Below are positions 40,760 to 55,339 of a stretch of DNA of 64,000 nucleotides, piece after piece. This stretch comes from Raillietiella orientalis (Eukaryota). The notes below the pieces were generated by a model that had not been told where the DNA came from, ran no database searches, and saw only the letters and a program-made list of their open reading frames with translations. Location: positions 10,354,001 to 10,418,000 of the forward strand of contig JAYWIR010000001.1 in assembly GCA_036172245.1 (NCBI GenBank). The letters are read 5' to 3'. The stretch's first letter is position 1; each line of letters starts with the position of its first letter. The position numbers and the translations under genes were made by a program.

Positions 40760-41450
40760 TGTGGTTTTTTTAGAAAGTCTTGAAACGTTCCAGATTGATG
40801 GGCAGCAGCTGGAGACACGTGGAAGAAGCGAAAAACCGTATCCAGAAGGGGAAGTATCAGCTTCCCATTAGAAGTGCTGCTTAAACCTCTTCCGCGAATG
40901 GTAGTTGTGTAAGCGATATATAGTATAAATTGCTGTACTTTGATTGTCGTAAAAGAATTTCCCCCTAAATAAACATTTGCTCCTTAGACATAAGAGGTCA
41001 CAAATCTCTGCCAAAGACAGTCCCAGCCATGCAAGCGATTCTCATAGGACAGTTAGAACACCTCAAAAGTCCACTTTGTACAAAACGAGACAAAAGGCAA
41101 GCATGAAAACAAGTGGAGCCATATGAGCTGAAGTTCACTATCAAAAGGTAGAAATCCTCAATCCCTCATTCATAGGGATTCGCCTCAGGACCTGAGAGTA
41201 TGATCCTCGGCTCGTCCGAAGAAGAATTTAATCTTATCTCAGTGCCAGCATTTTGAACTACTGGTACGTGAGTGTACATATGTGTTCGCAGACCACGAAC
41301 TGATGAAAGTCTCCTAAGTGATCTGCGAGTAGACGAGAAGCAGGAGGTCATAACCTAATGAAATGGTGAAGTGTTGGGCCTCCCAAGAAGGCACTGCAGC
41401 CATTTACTTTCAGGAGCAGATACCCTTGAGACGCGGGTCAAATGAAGTGT
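40760..41450 (-). pseudogene. Tc1/mariner-like transposase remnant
   Basis: GRPNTS...CFSSTRRSLRRLSSVRGL and downstream PAAAHQSGTFQDFLKK (DGAPAH-like). Confidence 0.3.
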
Positions 41451-44400
41451 CCTTAAATTCTAGTTCGATCCTTAACTCTTCCTCTCAGTAATTCAATCAT
41501 CATTTCAAGTAATTAGCCATAATGTTACAATTCACAGCCAGTGACCTTGAAATCAACCTTTTATAATGCTCTCATCTTATCAACTCTAATAATAATAAAA
41601 CTCAGCATTCATAGTACATTTTAATATGCAGTATTCTGCCCTACCACTATGTCAGCTCATCATAACTCAGGTTCTGCTATCTCTCATAACACCTGATTAT
41701 CTTTTATTAGGAAAATTATATGCCACTAACCTATCATAACCCTCACGAGGAACATCCAGATAAACGCAGCTGCTGTTCCATGAACACAATAAACACAAAC
41801 GTGACCACTCAATCGTTTAAAGACCCTTTCCTATTTCACTTATCTACAGCGCAAGACAGAGTGCCTGATTTGACCTCACGGCACCAGCTTAGCTTTGTAT
41901 AAAAGAATCATGTATGAAACGGAAATTTCACTTGACGGGATCCAACACGCTCTTGCACGCGCTGCCTTGAGCCTGCCTCACCTGCAACTGTCGACAGGCA
42001 ACCAGAGGAATCATCAACAGCCACAGATTCCGACTTTCGTCGCCCCCAAATGTAAACACGGCGCGAAAGGGAATGCTGGTCAACCCTTACGCGTGCTACA
42101 CCGGGAAACTGCCGCTGGAACCAGATGCGCAAAAGCACGGCTCCAATAAAGTGAAATCCCAAGCTCGATGAATGCACCTCTGGTACAGTGCCCCCATTAA
42201 TATCGATCCCGTTTCTCCCCGAAAATGTCGATCAATCCCTCCTGTTTTCCTTGAAGAAGACGTTCCACCGGAAGCAATCCTGGCTTGTTTCCCTGGCAAT
42301 GAATCTCGCGGAGAGATATCACCCAATAAACGCCTTGAAATACAAGGACTTTGATGAACTCTTCCTTGTTACTGCTCGAGATGAATTCAGCGAAACATTT
42401 TTTTTCCTATCCTTCGTTTCGATCTGTATCGGATTATGAAGTGCTACACATTTGTATCCTACTACATACTTTGTTTGCTCCCATGAATAATACTCTATCT
42501 ATCTTTCATACCAAATTCGGAAGCCTGAATTGAGGACAACGGGTGACCGTATGGTTGCCTGGCGATACTGCCATGCTTTCTCAGTTCGGTCCAAACGAGC
42601 TCCGTTTCTAGCAACAACAGCTGGTAAGTTCAGAGAATTTGGAATCCAAAGAGGTTATGAAAGCGAGGCGGAGATTGGATGAGCAACTGATTAAGGCAGA
42701 ATGAAGGAAACCTTTGGTTTCTTAGAGGAATACGCATGTGTCATCGACTGACTGGCGAAGGCTGGAGACAGTCGAGAGAGGCGTCGGATGGAGTACTGCA
42801 AGGTGCCGAGAGATGAATGGATACCTTGGCAACTCCTGAGACAGCAGGAAGGATTCGTTCCCTAGCTACGACGAAGGTGCTCAAGAGAGGCGATTCTGGA
42901 GTTCGTGGCAGGTAGCCGCTTCAGTGATTCCCTTGAGGCGCTCCTACGGCTGGAGCTACGAGAAGCAATGTTTCTTCCTCGATTGCTTGCAGCATCAGAT
43001 TTGTTGCGAGTTCCTTCAGGATCATTGACCGGTATCGATTCGTTAATGCAGGAGCGCACATCACAGCTGAAACAAAGGCTCCGATCTAAGATTTCTTGCA
43101 CTTACGTAGTGATCAGTGATGTACACTTAGAAAGGAGGCGATTCGATCCTGCAATTTTGGATGTTGCGGTCCATTGCGAATTCTGCGCCAGAAACTCTTC
43201 GTCGTGATCTGCAGCAGCGAAGTTCCTGAGAACTTGTGTTCGTGTGCCACGTGTTTTTCTTGCGTCCAGAGCATGAGCCATCTGCACACTCTCTTAAGGG
43301 AAGTCTTCGAACTTTTCCCAGGGCGCGTCGAAAGTTCCCACGAAATCGGAATTTTTCGTCGTAAAGCTGAAAGATCCGAGCGTATTTGAAAAGGAAGGTA
43401 CGTGTCCTAGCTTTTGCTACGCGAGGCTGCGAAACGAATGATGAAATGAAGCGTGCTGATGCGCAACGTCCATTCAAGTTTTTCTCTTGCACCTTCTCGT
43501 GCGCAAGTACGTCCATCCTGTGCCTGCGCCCTCCGAGCGTACAGTATATCATAAACACTTGGCGGCTGCTGTCTGCAAGAGACTGGGTGCCGGTTCTTAT
43601 TTTCACCGCATCTTTTCATTGCCTTCTTATCGTCGAGAAGGAGGCTGCACGCGTGCTCACCAATGGGTTCCTCCTAGAAACCGAAACGAGCCACGCGCTT
43701 TATAAATTATTTTTACTTGGATTGCGCCCTGCAGATGACTTCAGCAGAAGGGTTTGTCTCGCTCTCTATGGCAGCATCCTAAAGCAAAGGGCTCTCCGTG
43801 CCAGGAAAAACATCAGTTACCAGTGCAGTTTTTTTTTTTTTTTTTCCTCCTTCTTTCCTTCCTGAGGACCGTCAGGATTCATTGGCCTGCCTCCCCCCGA
43901 AAGCACCAGCAAAGTTCTGCGAAACCAAGCGCAGACAGGCTATTACCAGAATGTGGGCGACAAGAAACATCTCAATAGGAAATATAGGGTGTCAAACGAT
44001 GCTTGCAAGTCCAGAAATCTGCTTGGAATTTCCCACCAGATGGCAGCTTTCCTGTAAATTTCAGTTTCTTCTGTGGCAATTGGCACTTCCCCTAGATTTT
44101 CTCGGCTTACCCCAAATCTGCAGAAAGGTTAGAATGTGGTCCTCTGCGAAGATAAAAAAGCGCTTGAAATCCAGAGCTGTGGACAAGGCAGTCGATAAAT
44201 CAGAGACAATCTGCGGAAACGCGAGAAGAGATTTCTGTCGATTCCAGCGACTTCAATGATTATCCTTCCTCGTTCGGAAACGGCAATCATGCTCCTTGAA
44301 CTGCTTTTTCGAGTCTTCTCCTGATACATTTTTGAAGACATGTTTTTTTCCTTCAGGTGAATTTAGCTCGGATGCCGTTGTCATGGATTGTTAGAATATG

Positions 44401-45888
44401 GTTTCTCCAGATGCTCAGGCATCCCGTCTGGTACTTCTGCAAGAGAAAACAATGTCCGGTACTTTTGCAAAACTTTGGAAGTTCCTCGTGAGAGCTTTCC
44501 AGCAAGGAATTGCGTAATTGAAATTTAACCCTTTTGCGTTCTATTGCATCCCTGCATCAATCACTCGTGTCAGTTTGCATCCCCTACGGCATCAAAAGGA
44601 ATGCAGATGTAAGAGTTCGTAGACACCGAAATCAGAACAGTTCCTGATACACTCAGCGCAGAAGATTAGGAATTCTTCCTGCTTTCAGCTCTTGGTGCTC
44701 CGTGATTGAATTCGCGAAGAATTCTAACAGCTCATGATGACCTCGAGTAGCCGATATAGTCTCAATATTCACTGGATCCACCGGATGGAACTCCCTGAAA
44801 GTGTTTTCATCCTTCCACCACATCTTGGCAAAGCAGGCATTGTCTAGTAGCCTGTAAGTCGATGTCGCAGAAAGGTGACGTACCCGAAGAAGAAACTGAA
44901 AGGCGACTTCTCTAAAGGATGATCATCTCCTGATTCTTGGTGAGGAGAATTCTAGAAGCCTTTGCAACCTCAGAATGCTTTGGTTCCATGAAATACTTAC
45001 AAAGTGGCAGAGTGTGGAAGAGAACCATGATAGGGAGACTTGGTTTTCTCTGATGTCATCAAACGTGAGTTGCGTTGCAGAGATTCCTACAGGAAACTTC
45101 ATGACCCAAACCAAGCTAATTGAATTCCGGGATGCCTGAGTAGCCTTGATTGATCTGTCCAGTGCCCACGGCTTCGTTTCTCAAGTGCCATCGGAAGCAG
45201 AATTTGAAAAAAGAAATGAAGGAGTAGAATTCAAGACTCTCATCACCGTCCAACTATGCCTAGATGTTACGATAGCAGTTGTCTCCGAGGTATAGCACGT
45301 ATATATGGGGGTAGAGAGGTAGGTTATTCCTCAGAGAAGCATCGAGCAGTCTCCATTGCTCGAGCGATCGCCAAAGAACCAAAGGGCTCAACACTGGGGA
45401 TTTCCTTGCTTGCTTATGCCTCGACCACATGCTCGCAGTCACCGCAACCGAGACCAAGTCTTCAAAAGAATGAAATGTCTCAGAAGCAGCCGAGCTGAAC
45501 CTTAAATAAATAGCTGTTAAGGTGGTAAAAAAGCAAAAGCTGTTCAAAAATTTCTCCCTTCGAAATCAGACGCTCTTCCTTGACAAGACAGGCGTGTCAT
45601 CAAAGAATGAGGAAACCGTGTTCATTTCGAAAAGAACTGAAAAAGACTAAAAGAATTCGAGAGCGCTTTACCTTGGCCTAGAGCAGATGCTCTTAATGGG
45701 CTTCCTGAAAATCAGCATTCCAATGCAAGGAGTGCAGAAAAGCGGATCGAGAACGCCAGCGTTCACATTTCGCCCACTGTGAGCGTCAATTCCACTTCGT
45801 ACCAAAGTTCCGCTCAATTTCGCGTTTCCTTCCACTGTGCCTGAACACTTTCGCGCTTCGACGAAGCTGGAAACAGGCTGTGCTTCCA

Positions 45889-46474
45889 TTTCTGAACAGG
45901 GGTTTCCAGCGCAACCGGAGTGGACACCTGGTTTCTGGTGAGTTGCGTCGTCAATTTGTTTAAGCTGCAGGACTATTGAATCGCTTCCGCACCTCCTATT
46001 GGACTGCGGAACCCTTGAAGAGCTTTGGCTTCAGCACTCCTCCACAATGAGGACACTACCAACGACTTGCCGCGGCGATTTTTCGCGAAAAGAAGGGTCA
46101 CGACAGGAACACTCATTGCGACGATGTGCTGCGTCCGTGCCCTCGTCACAAGCCTCCATGTCTTGGAGTCTCGGGCGCAGCAGAGGGAGCTTCACCTTCG
46201 TGGCAGCCACCTACGCGAGGGCGGCACCTGGAAGAAGGAGTTGAGCTGGAGATCGCCGGCATTCCGCACCAGTCCCGAGAGGAAGGGAGCGGATAGCACC
46301 AAGGAACCCTGTCTTCATCCTCCCTCTTATTTATGTGTTTATTGTCCTCTCTCCTCCTACTCCGGACCGTTCGAGTAACGGATCCGCGTGCCGGTGAACT
46401 ATCTCTTTGAACGTCTTTTTGTCTCCAGGTGGGAAACGCGTTCCCAACTTGCCTGTTCTTTGTGGATGTACGCT
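45889..46474 (+). repeat. Near-identical direct copy of 39713-40297 (L1/Tx1 fragment)
   Basis: About 585 bp; I see 5 substitutions and 1 indel, all in the first ~150 nt. Confidence 0.95.
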
Positions 46475-46739
46475 TCGGCTTGACCGTTCCCTGTCCCCAG
46501 ATCTTTCAGTTTGGCATCGGAATGGCATGACGCCAGCAGGGATCTCTGACGTTACAAGCATGGTAAGATGTGCTTTCCGTGTTTAACTTGGCTGCAGGAA
46601 ATCGTGCAGGAGGACCCGATCTTCTCTCAGATGTTCTTTGGTCGTGCGGGCGGAGGAGCAGTTTCGTTCTCGAGTTTTCTATTTTTCCGTTCGACAAGTG
46701 CTGAAGAACTGTGCGCATCGTAAGAAGGGAGAGGGCTTG

Positions 46740-46975
46740 ATGCCCCTTAATGCTGTCCAATCCACGTGCAACTCTTCAAGTTGGGAGGAGGGTGCGGGGC
46801 AACCTTGGCAGGGATCACCATATGTATCCAGGAAGGTTTTAGCCCGTTCCTCTTACTCTCGGAAGGGAACCGCGAAAGGAAGCTTTTTCTTATTCTCTCC
46901 GGACACCCAGCTGGAGGAGTCACTCTTCGTTTCTTCTCCGAAGGGAACCCGGGAAAGAATCCGCTCCGATTTCAC
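46740..46975 (-). mobile_element. SINE-like copy S6 (partial)
   Basis: agggatcaccatatgtatccaggaagg and ccgaagggaacc subrepeats match 18050-18300. Confidence 0.55.
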
Positions 46976-48044
46976 TTTCGACATTTCGTCGGTATTGCCT
47001 TGTGCTTTTCTTCGAATTGTTAAAAGGTTCAGCTCGTGATGAAGGCTCATGGTAGGAAAAGACCAAAGACCTGTGTGGGAACCTTGGAGCTCGGTCATCA
47101 GGTACCATTCAGCTGAGGAAATTTTGGCTCACCTTGAAAGATTCCATCCCAAAGATGCTGTCCGGAGTGGAGCATCGCGATTTTGAAGCTTCCCTCCAGT
47201 ATTGTTGGTTTTTGCATCAGGACTTCTGCAATCCGTGTGCCACAAGACCCTTAGAAGCTTTCAGCTACGTTTGTGGATACAAGATCCACTTCACAAGTCT
47301 GTCTCCATGGTTTCGAGATCTTCGTAGTATTTGCGGAGGAGGCCTCTGTGTATTCCGTTTCCGTACCGTACTAAACAAAGCCAAACGATCTGATTAATGG
47401 AATTGCGTGCCAGATAAACGAGCCAGCAACGGAGCTTCTTCATCAGGTGAGAAGAAAATCTTCATCCTGCAGTGCGATGAAGCACGCGTGGAAGAAATGG
47501 AAAGCGTTTGAAGCGCGAAATCGCATATGATCGATTCGAAATGCAAATCAGATCGACAGCACGTTAAATAATTTCAAAGCTCAGGGAACGCGCTTGATCA
47601 ACCATCTTGGTAAACCCGAGACTGCCGCTTCGAAGGCTGGGATGCTGTGAGACTTGGTTTCGATTACCCGCTTGTTTCAGGAACCAATGAGCGCCCTCCA
47701 TGCTCCAGCTGCAGATTAGGCAATTAATATTCCTGGGGCAGCAGAGGAATAACCTCAAAAAGATCGCGTGCCATGCGGATCCGAGGAAGATCTCACGAAG
47801 AACACACAAACTACCCACACATTAGGGGACCTCGAACTTTGAATGTGCACGTATGAGCTACTGCCAAGTGCAACGGACGTGATCTGGCTGTCTTTGCAGG
47901 CAAGAAAAGGATGGTTCGATTATTCCAGACGATTGGTCCACCATCAGCTCCTCCGCGCACCTTCGCGCGGAATTCGTCCAGTCCTCATGTGGCGAAGTAA
48001 ACCCTATGAATTGCTTGAGTGGAATGGAATGTCTATGGATGTAT

Positions 48045-48745
48045 GAATGGAATGTGCGTACGTGTATATATTAATCTGTATATGCGTATATAGTCACATA
48101 TGTAATGTGCATATGTGTTTATATGTTATTAGTATATGTGCATATATGTGATGTGTATATGTGTACTGTTCATAATGTAAACATGTATATAATATGTACT
48201 GCGTGTACGTATATATATGTGATATGTGCATGCATATATATGATGCGCATATGTGCATATATGCATACATGTAATGTGTATATGTGTGATATGTAATGAG
48301 TGCACGTGTGAACATGTGATGCATATATGCGTGTATATGTATGTATTAAATGTGCATATGTATGTATATGTAATGTTCATATGTGCATATATGTAAACTG
48401 TATATATGTGTATGTGTGATGTGCATATTTGTATAAATGCAATATGTATATGTAAAAGTATTTTTTTATGAACATACATATATAAACATTTTGAAATACT
48501 TATGTATGTATATACGTACACACACATATATAAAAATTTATATTTGTGTATGTAAGATTTATATATATATGTGTATATGCACATATATTCATGTGTGTGC
48601 ATGTATGTGTATGTGTATGTATGTATGCATATCCGTATATATGTCTTTATAAATATATGTATGTAAATATATATATTTATATACACATGTATATGTGCAT
48701 GTGTATATGCATATATATGTGTGGATAGATAGATAGACATTTACA
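48045..48745. repeat. Compound (TA/TG/CA) low-complexity tract
   Basis: About 700 bp of mostly alternating purine-pyrimidine sequence with sharp edges. Confidence 0.95.
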
Positions 48746-50339
48746 AGTTCAACTCGAAGTCACTGCCTCTATATTCCTCTCACAGCAACCCCAGAGACGT
48801 TCACATCTTTCAAGGCGAGGTTTCCTGAGTCTCAAGGCTTCCCCGCTTCCTCAGAGAAAAGGTGCCTTCACGTTCGGATGCTGCAGCTGCTGGAGTGCTG
48901 TCGGGAAGTAAGCTACGGCTACCTGCCAGTTTGATCACCTCGTGCATCTTGGCCGGACCCTTTGGTGCACGGTGAGGAACAGGGCAGAGCCACACCCGGG
49001 AAGTCCAGCATCCACGGGAATGAGTCATCGATCGCACAAGCGATGGCGCTGGTCGCAGGGATGCTTGTAAGTTCTGACGATGCCCGTATGGGTCTCAAGC
49101 GAAGATGCGCCATGGTGATAACTAAAAAGTGTTCCCATGGTTCTCTCACTAGAGTGAGCTCATGAAGCCCTCAGAAGTTTTGACATCGATTTAACCTTTC
49201 ACAAATATCCTGTTGAGGGAATGCAAAAGCTCTTATTGGACGGCGCCATTGTCTTTCTGCTTGCCGAGACACGCCGTATCGTTCAAAATTCACTGAGTTG
49301 TCCCACTTTGTTTACCACAGCATCCCACTCATGCATGAACCGATGGATTATCCGTTCGGTACTTGAGCATGGGTCACGATGAAGGATGTTTTGCATGTTT
49401 TCTAAACAAAAGACTTCCAAAATGTTGCAACGGTAAGGGGACGTAGATTTGAGTTGAATAAGAGACGCTGATCTTCCTTTCTCGTACCTTCTGAGGGAAG
49501 CGTCCAATGTGAAAATGCTCGAACACATCTTCCCTGGCATGCAAGGAAGCTTCTTAAATTTAAAACAAATCTTCTGGTATCACTGCGTCACTGGAATGCT
49601 TCCTGAAACCTTTACTGGAACATGGCTTAAGAGTTCCTTTCTTTCATTTCCAAAAATATGTGCCGCTGCGGAGATTTCAAAGATGCTTGCATCGGCTGCG
49701 GTGTTATCCTAATTTTCCTTTCGTGTGCCCATCATTTTCCTGACATCTGGTGGCTCCGTTTCACAACTAATATTCCTTCTGGACCGCAGGTAGCATCCGA
49801 GTTCCGTTCCTCTGGTCTCACTTCTTAGCTATCCTCCCAGCAGATGAATCACTGAATTCTGTGAAAATCCGAAAACAAAGAATTCTGAAAGAATTTTCCC
49901 TTGTTCTTGTTCATGCTATGCTCTTCTACTAAGTTTCCGATCTCCTCAGTGGGGATGGCTTCTTCCTGTGCCAGAAATGAGTAATTTGCGCGCCAGCTGC
50001 CTTCCTTGGACGTGGTAGCCTCTTTCTCAAGCTCCCTCTCTGGAATCGAACTTCGATTCCCCGTTACGCGTGACCACCATGGTAGGCGCATAACCTTTCC
50101 TCTACAGTTGATAAGGCAGACACTTGGAAAATGAGTCGCCGGTACGAGAACGTTGTGATCAGCCGAAAGTTGTTACTCAAAGTCGCGAAGAGTTTTTGGG
50201 CTGCGAAGGAAACCCGCTGGTTCCTTTGCAATAAAAGAATTCCATTCTCAAGGACCAAGTGTTCGAAGCATGTATCAGCTCTAGAATTGCCGCCTCATTC
50301 TTCTCCTTTTGCATCTGGTCTGTAAGCCTTCTAGTTGCT

Positions 50340-50640
50340 GAACCAAAAGAACAGCCCTTTGCTCCGTGTGTGGTGTTGCGGCTACCTGGAGCGCCACCGA
50401 AAGAGGCGACAACGACAGAAACATCATCCACTTCTCAGTCCGTTTCCTTGGCCCCACCTGGAAGATATGCAGCAGTAGCTTGCGCCTACCCTAGAAAGGA
50501 TGCAAAGGACGCCATGCTGGAAAGCAGTGAACCCTTCCCAAATCCTCCAAAAGGTTTCTTTACGTTTATTTTTATTTTGATTCTCCTCCCTCTTCTCTGC
50601 TGACGAGGCGAACCTCGATGGTCCGCCCACCGGCTTCTCT
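50340..50640 (+). mobile_element. Short L1/Tx1-type 3' fragment
   Basis: LCSVCGVAATWSA...NDRNIIHFSV parallels LCCLCGIIAAWSN...NNRDAIYSAV; UTR gctgacgaggcgaacc matches 63651. Confidence 0.65.
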
Positions 50641-51249
50641 GCAAGTTCGTCCATCGTCTACCCGTGAACGTGACAGGACCGACTCTTCTTCCACCACCTT
50701 TGTGGCTTCTGCGTTAGCAAAAACCAGAATGGCTCAGAATTGCTGTAGAAAATCGTCGTCCTTTCTTTGGTTACGAATGAAGTCAAGCATGCAAGAAATG
50801 CAAGCTCTTTCCCTTCGTCACGCTAAAGATAGGACTCTAAGGTGTTCACCATCTTTGGAGTTCGTTATTGAACACCAGGTGAAACGATTTATACGTAGGG
50901 AATCAGTTTTTCGAAGATTTTGAACATGCCGTATGTGAAGTCTCACCTCAGATATTTCTAAAAGTAAGTAAGTCACATGCCTTCCAATAGTCTAGTGGAA
51001 GTTCATTCTCATTTCTTCCATTCCTCCGGAGAAAGATTTTGATGAGCATACGAGCTAGCTCCTAAGAGAAACAGAGAACCAGTTGCGCCGCATACACGGC
51101 CTTCGAAGATTCATTTACTTGTTCGTGCCTTCATTTTCTTTATCCTTATTTTCCTGAAGGATCGCTTGTTGTTGATTAAATTTTGTCTATCCAAAGGATC
51201 TGTTGCAAACACCTCGTTACAAAGGAGGCTCCTAACATTTTTCTGGGAT

Positions 51250-52330
51250 TTCTCATCTATCCATCTGGGCCACTCGTTGCCTCTGAGGCTGTTGCTTTTT
51301 CGGCTTTTTGTCCTCTGTCTCTCGAGGGCTGAGATCCTCCGGTTGTATCTGTTTGTCCGTCCCTCCTGTGACATGGGCTGCATAGATGTCTCTGGAGTAG
51401 CGGATGCACGAAGACACCATCAGGTGCCTCATCTTCTCAGAGTGCTTTTTAGTAATTCCAAGATCCTGCAGCACTTCTTTGTAACCTGGATCCCAGGCTC
51501 CCAGTGAGCCAACGATGAGGGCACGCAATCTGCATTATTTCTCCTCTTTGCCTAGCTGGAAGGCTAATTCCTTGTGCTTTTCCAGTTTGTTTCTCCTGTC
51601 TGTGCTAAATAGCTCCCCTCCACCCCCGAACGTGTTCAGCATATGATCCGATTTCCTTTCTTCATCACTAGGTCCGGTCTTAAGAGGGAATCCGTTCCTG
51701 GAGCCCTCTGGTTAGTGGACACTCACTTCGCCTCATCCACTGCGGCTATACCGATCATTTCTTGAATCCCGTTATGTCACGCAATGGACAGATGAAAGAG
51801 CCTCCTGCATCTGTGTAATATATGAGGCAGCGTTTCGTTCTTCCGTCCGGCAGCGCCTAAATGCGCGTTTGTCTGGTTTCATCCTGGGTCCGGTCTTCAT
51901 TGGTAGAACGTTTAGTCGGGCTGCGTGGATGAATCTGTAGTCCTGGAACCTTTGGTATTCCGCATTGGTAAGGAAGAACCTTGAGGCATGGTGCATGCCC
52001 ACACACTGCTTGGCTTTCCCTTGACTGATGTGCTTTTGAGCGAGGGATTGCCACGCGTGCTCTCTCGGCAGTGCTCTCACGCCGGAGGCAAATTTTTTCC
52101 TCATGCTGCTGCTGAAGACGACGACGACGACGACCGTTGTTGGACATATAAGAATACTCGGAATATGCAAAGAATCTCCTGCAAACATCTCCAATAAGTT
52201 CCTCGTGCCTTCGCAACCTTTCGTGTGCCAATCATTTCAATATAGGAGGGCCTCGCTCCGTGGCTTTTTCAATGCATTGGGCCATTTTTTTTGGCAGATC
52301 TCTAGTAAGTCGGAGGTGCCGCTGTTTCTG
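51250..52330 (-). mobile_element. Degenerate NeSL/Utopia-type element, C-terminal zinc knuckle and RLE
   Basis: QGKAKQC, RFIHAARLNVLP, RRCR, LRPDLVMK, ALIVGSLGAWDP...VSSCIRYSRDIYAAHVTG. Confidence 0.85.
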
Positions 52331-55300
52331 CAGAAGTTGCGGCGTTTAATTCTTCCGTGAAGCCGGAACATGCTGTGACAGATGTATTCTAGTCATAAGC
52401 TCCAAATTAGTGGCATGGCTTACTTATTTTGAGACATGCATTCATGACTTTTCTGCAGGAGACCCACCTCTACACTCCTGTCTCCGCGGCACTGGCTACC
52501 CTTAGCAATTTCGAAGGAAGAAAGCAAAAGCAGAGGTAGAAAGGAAACCCTGATTTCCGTTCTGAAGCCAAGTGCAGATCTCCTATCGCAACAGACTGAC
52601 TGCTTCCTTCTCACCGCAATCCGTTGCTCGAGCGGGGTTTCAGAAACTGACCAATACTACTAGCAGCTGCCTTCTAAGATGGCGACAAGGAAACAGGAAA
52701 CATTCATTTCTATTTAAGGCTGCTCCGAAGAGAGATTTTGCTATTTCTCCAAACAAACTACACTATTCTCGAAGGATGGCTTTATTACGAGATTGAAATT
52801 GAAAATTGTAGCCACGGACCCTGGACGTACACAGCATTACGGGAAACTAACTCTGAAGTCCATAAGCCTTTATCTGAAGCTTTAGATATGTTTCCATTTT
52901 GTAGCCCAATGTGCAAACTTCCCACAAGCATTCCTGCTCCAAAGAAGGAAGGAAAGATTCATTTGCTCCGGTATTTGCTAGCTGTATTTCCAGTAATGGA
53001 AGTTTTTTGCGTCATGGATGCACGAACCTATTCTAACTTCCAAAGAAATGAAGATGAACGGTAGGTCCACAGCTCGATCACAGATTTCAGCTCATCAGCG
53101 AGTATTAAACTCCCACGTCTTCATCCTCTTTGTAAGATTGCTGTCTCATAACTCGCACTTCATCTACCTCCGGAATGAATTCATAATGAGATCGCGTTCC
53201 TTGATACTGGAATTTCGACCCCCCTCTCCTCCTCCCTCCCCCTCTTCTTTCCATATTTGAGTTCCTATGTGCCCTTTTCTCATTCAAAACTTTTTGCTAA
53301 TCTGATCAAGAAACAGCTCACAGCATTCGACCCTGTAAATTAGGCGTCTTCTTTCTCTCTGAAGACCCTGAAAGGCATCTTCAGCAAATGACATTTCATC
53401 TTCAAGACTTTTGTGTCTCGCTTATTAGTGCGCTTCACAGCACCGAGCAGAGCAACGGAAAACTTTTGTTCACTGTTGAAAATGGGAAAGATTTTTTCTG
53501 CCTACACAGGAAACTAGCAATGTGGTCATCTAATTAGATTATAAGAGTCATGGAGACGATATAGATTTCAAACTATAACCGACTTTCGATCAAACTGAAG
53601 AATCCGTTCCCTCCTGTTGGGTCCAGGCAAGACTACGCATAGCACAGTGAAAGCTGCCACGTTACGTTCCGATGACGTCATCGGAACATTTAACCACTCG
53701 TATCTGGATACTGGAATGCGGAAAAGCACTCCCGGAGAGCCTTTTGCCCCATGCATAGCAGCAGGAAGGACAGTGAAGCGTGAATCTGGTTCTCCCGTTC
53801 GTGCTTTCCCACTCAGAATCCCTGGAGCTACTGGTTGACATCAGTCGATAGCTGCGCTGCAGCGAAAAAGATAAGACCGGCTGCTCAGTGAAGTCATGCC
53901 AAACGTATCTCGTGCTCTCTGATGTAGGAAAGTGGAATTTTCCAGATCCGAAACAAATGGGATGCTTCGCAGCTAACATATTGAGGACTCGACTGATTCT
54001 CTGCACATGCGTTTGTTTGCTTGCTTTGGACTGAAGTAATTTGCTGCCAAATGGATGGACCATATCATGGAGAAACGAGGTTTGAATCGTGTGTGTACTC
54101 CCTCTTTGAAAGGGAAAGTATTCAGTGAGCATTTCACGAATCAGCTTTTCCCTTCATGGATGCGTTCTTTCCTGCCTTTCAGAGAATCTTTTTTGATAAC
54201 TATTTGTGCATCCGATCAAGAACAACTGCATGCTGAAGACCATGCATGAGGCCTGACGCAAGACATCGCTTCGAGGATGAGCTCTCTTGGGGAAAGCGCA
54301 GACACTTTTCTGTTCACATCGTCTTCATTTTGGTTTCTTGAGATCTCTGGTAGCTGAAATCTGCACATGGCTGGGCCTCTTCGGGTTTTTGCATTCTCTT
54401 AGACTCAAATCGATACCCATGTCCTAGGAAGAACTTCACAATCGTCTTTCTTTAGGTTTTGCTGGAAAGAATTTCGTAGATGTCCATTTTTCCATTGGAT
54501 TCTGGAAGCTCCGTTGCGGACCAAATTCTGAAATCTCTTTGCTGAAAGCCAAGGGTTTTCCTGAGCTATCAGCTCCGGATGAACAGTTGATAGGGGACGA
54601 TCGCAGCACCTCAGCAACATGCATCGCAGAGCGTGCTCTCCTTTCAAATTTCGAATCTTCAGACTGAGAGCGGCAGACACCAAAATGTCTGTCTGGAGCA
54701 TCGCGCATCTTTGAAAGGGTGTCAGACTCGAATGTGCTTGTCGAAATAAGAAGGTTTCTGGGACGTTCGTAAGGTCACCTGTGTGAAGACAAGAAAGCCT
54801 GATGAGTGCGGGAAGAGACACAAATGGCTCATTTTAGTCCTCTGGGTTTGCTAGTACAGAACAAGCATCGATCCACTGGGCCACAAAATATACTGGGAAG
54901 AACTTCGAAATGAACATTCTTGGATGCTTGAAAATCCCTTTCAATCCCTTCAAACTTCCTGAGACGAGAACGAGGCATCACGAGAAGTCGCTTTCCTTCC
55001 AGGTATAGATCCCGCTTTTGCTTATGGTTACATCTTCGTGAGCATCCAAGCAGCATGCGAGCGCACACCTTTAATGCTGAAGAGACTACATGTGTATTCA
55101 GCAATGATCCTAGAATAGATGAATTCGCTCTAAGATGTAAAGTGCATATGCATCCTTGCATGCTCTATAGGTCTGCCGAATCCAATAGCACACTTTCTTC
55201 GAGTCACATCTGTGATGCAACTGAGTAAAACCAAAAGTCAATCAGCTGCGCTGAAGCCTAAGGATTCTGGGAGCAAAGAGAACCACTCACTGGGTGCAGG

Positions 55301-55339
55301 AATCGGAAGTTTAACCACAGCCCGCGTCTTTGAAAAGAT

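Noticed and set aside
48129-48740. 203-aa ORF, and similar ORFs at 25876-26271 and 33350-33716
   Set aside because: Y/I/H/T-rich translations of low-complexity TA/TG tracts, not genes.
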